A stretch of DNA of 64,000 nt from Balanoglossus misakiensis (lineage: Eukaryota > Animalia > Hemichordata), in contig CM082598.2 in NCBI GenBank assembly GCA_040954595.2, forward strand, positions 2,761,162 through 2,825,161, given 5' to 3'. Below are positions 60,231 to 64,000 of the stretch, piece after piece; positions within the stretch are counted from its first letter, which is position 1; every line of letters starts with the position of its first letter. The notes beneath the pieces were generated by a model that saw only the letters and a program-made list of their open reading frames with translations, made no database searches and was not told where the DNA came from. Position numbers and translations under genes: made by a program.

Positions 60231-63200
60231 GACTTTGCGGTGAAAATTGGGGAGTTCTCGAGCTCCTTCGGCTAAATGTTCAGAGATACTGTAGTTGTAG
60301 GAATCAGTATAGTACACTGTGTTAGCCGCTATACTGATTATTATACGCTTCCAACAGTGGTGACCCCATTCGCAACGGGGCTGGGTTTTCCCCTCGCTCG
60401 AGCAGAAAGATAAACCGCTTCATTACCGCTGGACCAAGACATCATCCGCTGCTTCCTGAGGCGTGTGTGCCCGATCACGTGGCGTGCCGCTCTTTTATAC
60501 ATGATGATGAACACCTGTCACGCGCCTAATAAGGAAATGACGGCGCCCTCATTTGTCAAAACCGTATCGCGTCTGACCAGGTGACTTGGTGATGTTAGCG
60601 TCGCTTCCATAATACAATACAGACGCGATTATGAAAGAGCAGTACACACCAAATTTTGAAACTGGGTTATACTATTACTAGTAAAGGATTTGAATCTAGG
60701 TTTTGATTTTCCGGATAAAGTGTTACTTTGATTATTTCCAAATTAAGAGATCTAGGCCTTCATAGAATCAATATGTTGTCAATTAATTCTTTGAAAATAC
60801 GAGTCGACGTTTTAGCCACATCAAAAGGTAGAAATACTTTGAATTAGCCATGTAGAACATTTCTAGCAGTCGTGTAGGTAAGTGCACTTCACTTATGTGA
60901 AATTTTATTGGAGATATCTTTGATCGTTGCGATGGTCAAAGACAATTTCGGCATCGTTAAAGTATACAACAATGATAGATGAATAAATCGTGATTGTAAA
61001 CCGTTTGAACAGCGGCCTAAGTATATTGACAGTCGCTGGTATCCATTAGCCCGTTGAAAGCAAAGTGGCAAAGTGCCTGTTTTTATATCATATGAGGCAG
61101 GATATGCTCTTGTTGAGTAAATATGTTCAGTGTCAAGTTCGCACTTGGCCATGATTGATATCGACGTTGCTCAAACAAAGGTCGCTTATATTCTAATCAC
61201 AACACTGATTCTATTTCAGTTTGTGCCCCAGTTTATCATTATTCCTTTATTTAAAGGGACAAATTTCTCTCAACGTGACAACGAATTGAATAGAGTATTG
61301 GAATATGCAGGCGGCCGCGAACTGCGATCGCGTTTAAGAGCAACATATTGAAATTATCATTTACATGTAAATAGAGAGCACGTGTTACGAGACGTTTGAT
61401 ATTGATTTGGTTTCAACCCACACAGTGCGATAATTACAGTCTTTTAACTTTTTAATAATGGGAAAATGACGACCTGTGACCAACAAGTTACCCTCCAAAC
61501 ATTAATCTATTATTTGCTGCTGACTATCGATCCACTTTTATTGAAACCCTCTCATCAAAGTGGCATTTATTGCGTCCGTTGTCGTGCCTACGCGGATGTC
61601 GTTTCCATGGCAATGTCTTTGACAAGTCGCAGCACACCGCGAGTCGGTGTACACTGAGTGTATCGCCTGAAATGAACAACGTGCATGGTTGCTATGGTTG
61701 TTTTCTCCTGAAAAGAAAGATTGAAAGCCTTATAACAAGTTATTATTTGCCTCGATTGAAGAGCTTGATAACTCTCTCTCTCTCCCCCCTATCTCTTTCC
61801 CCCTCTCTCTCTCTCTCCCTCTCTCTCTGTCAATCTCTCTCTCCCCTCCGTGTAGACATTGAATCTGCGTCACACGTCAAATGGCAGCCGTTTTCGCTCA
61901 CGCACTTGAAAGTGATATCATTAGTTCAGTCAATTGTAGGACCTGTGTTTGTCTTTGAGGAATAAACACACATGCATGCGTGTAAATAAACCTTTGTGCC
62001 TGAACGAGGACCACTTTTGTGATGTCTCCATTCTCTTGGGTCTTTTCATGAACGAGGCTGAATGTCAGGCCACTGTGTACATAGTATACAATTGATGCGA
62101 CCGACGAAATGTGTCTGTAGTGAAATGTTGGGAAAACTGACTCCAAATAGCTGAAGAGTATTGAATGGTGCTCTCGAATTGGCAATTAACGTCTATTTAC
62201 CTGTACGGGACGAAGAAGAGGGTACATCGGCGAAACAATGGGGCTACTGTGTCCATGAATATTGTATTGTGGACGGGACAAATATTCTACAGTACAGAGA
62301 ACTTTAAAACGTCCTGAGTCTATAGGTCTCTTGGCCAGTGCAGAGCCCAGTGTCTCGAAACACGTGTTTCTCAATGCAATCTGCCGAACATATGTCGCTT
62401 GTAAACCACCATTTGGCAAATATGTGAACATACATTTTTTCTTTGCCGCAATTATGCCAATGTTAGTCAATCGCTTGGAGGCTCACAGCGACCCTGACTT
62501 GTACCAAATGTACTTGGAATTACTTTCCACCCCAAAAATGTCCTCGCCAGTCTAGCCTCGGGGGTTGTTTGCAAGGAAAACGCAATAATCATCACCGCTT
62601 GCTCTCCACAACCTCGTGTGGACCACGCGTGCGCAATACAAGTTTGAAATCAGTTAATACCAATCAGACGATCATCCTTGACGAGCTTTTATCAGAAAAT
62701 GTCTGTTCGGCGTGAAATCTTGGTGGTATACGTACAAGAAAAATTACAAAAGAAACCACAAAATCACTGCAATAATAACATTTTATTAAATTGTATAATG
62801 TATGTAGCAGGCGATCAGACAGGTGAAATCTCCGTTTAGACTTAAAAATATACCTTTCGTCTTCGACTAAAGGGTTTGCACTTGAGGCAAATACAAGCAA
62901 ATATACCCTTGTGTCAAGGTAAGATACAGGGCCTATCTATAATTAACTTTGAAAAGCTCTTCTGCCCTGCTAAGCAAAATGTGACTGTGGGTTTTCACTC
63001 TCAATACAGTAAAAGGCACGAATTGTGTCTCTACTGTGCTGAGTCTGTATATTGCGTAAGAAATTCAAACTCAAGACAGACATTGTAACAACACTATAAA
63101 TCTAGCAATCATTGCCTGCACTGTAAATGAAGAAAAAATTACTGCGTTTCGTTGTATATTCGAATGATGTAGAAAAATATCCGAATATACGAGTGACGCT

Positions 63201-64000
63201 GTCGTAATGAAGGCAGAGTTCAATACTTCTCAAAGACTAGGGAACTGGAATCGCGAATTGAATCGTATACGTCGACGCAAAATGAATGCTGTTTCATAAT
63301 AAGCGCCAAGCCGACAAAGGTGAGTGCTCTCCAAGCCAGGTTTATAGTGCGACAATCTCTTGGAAAATAAAGGGACATTAAACAGAGTATAGAACCTCTG
63401 AGTAGCGATTAGAAACCATGGCGGGGCATTTCCTAAGTACTCCCTCAAACCACCCACAAGCCTTATATCGCTCCTCTGTTAGCATTGTTGTCAAGGATCA
63501 GTTCGTATCAAGCATTGTACTATATTGACGACGTCTCAGACGAATTTTAAACGCGAATTAAACATTTTCAGGATTTATGCTACAATGGTGTCTGATTAAA
63601 CGTACTGGGCACTTTTTTCTGTGATTGAATGGTTATACATCGCGACAGTGCTCGAAATGTCAAGCCTATTAAAACATTTTGCGTGTTTGTGGCGTCAAAC
63701 AAAGGCGTGGAAAACTATTAAAAGGATGGTAAATACAGCCTCGATTACGACTGCCGTGCGTTTGTTGTAAGGAAAACACGCTATATTGTTCGCAGTTGAA
63801 ATCACTGTATATCTTTGGTGACCTGTGGACAGACATTACGTGGTTCAGTCGGTGTTTGTGTTAACGTTGCTGCCTATGCTGCTCTCTAGCCGTGGCAGTT
63901 TGGAACACAGACACGTCGAGGTTAGAATCTTGCTGTTCTTCTTTCTGGTGGACCGCTTCTTGGCGTACGCTCCCTTCTGGATCACCCGGGACAGGCTGGA

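Overview
This is AT-rich, intron-containing animal DNA, not prokaryotic. Microsatellites, MITEs and gene content suggest a marine invertebrate, possibly a deuterostome (inference only). From left to right it contains: (1) 74-bp and 97-bp satellite arrays; (2) a ~4-kb foldback-like nested palindrome (5444-9453); (3) the last two exons of an R-Ras2/TC21-like gene whose CAAX cysteine reads Tyr, with no upstream exons found; (4) a complete 12-coding-exon CARF (calcium-responsive transcription factor) gene; (5) five GC-rich, single-coding-exon orphan genes for disordered proteins, each behind a splice acceptor and in a region rich in RFX X-box and CRE motifs; (6) a six-exon EgtD/EasF-family SAM-dependent methyltransferase with altered substrate-pocket residues; and (7) a multi-hairpin segment near 60.1-60.5 kb. 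Four of the five orphans end in phosphatase-docking-like motifs (three RVxF, one PxIxIT-like), and two share an FC[DE]VLGxxSCxxC motif. Gene models were assembled by eye from splice signals and reading phase. No database searches were run.
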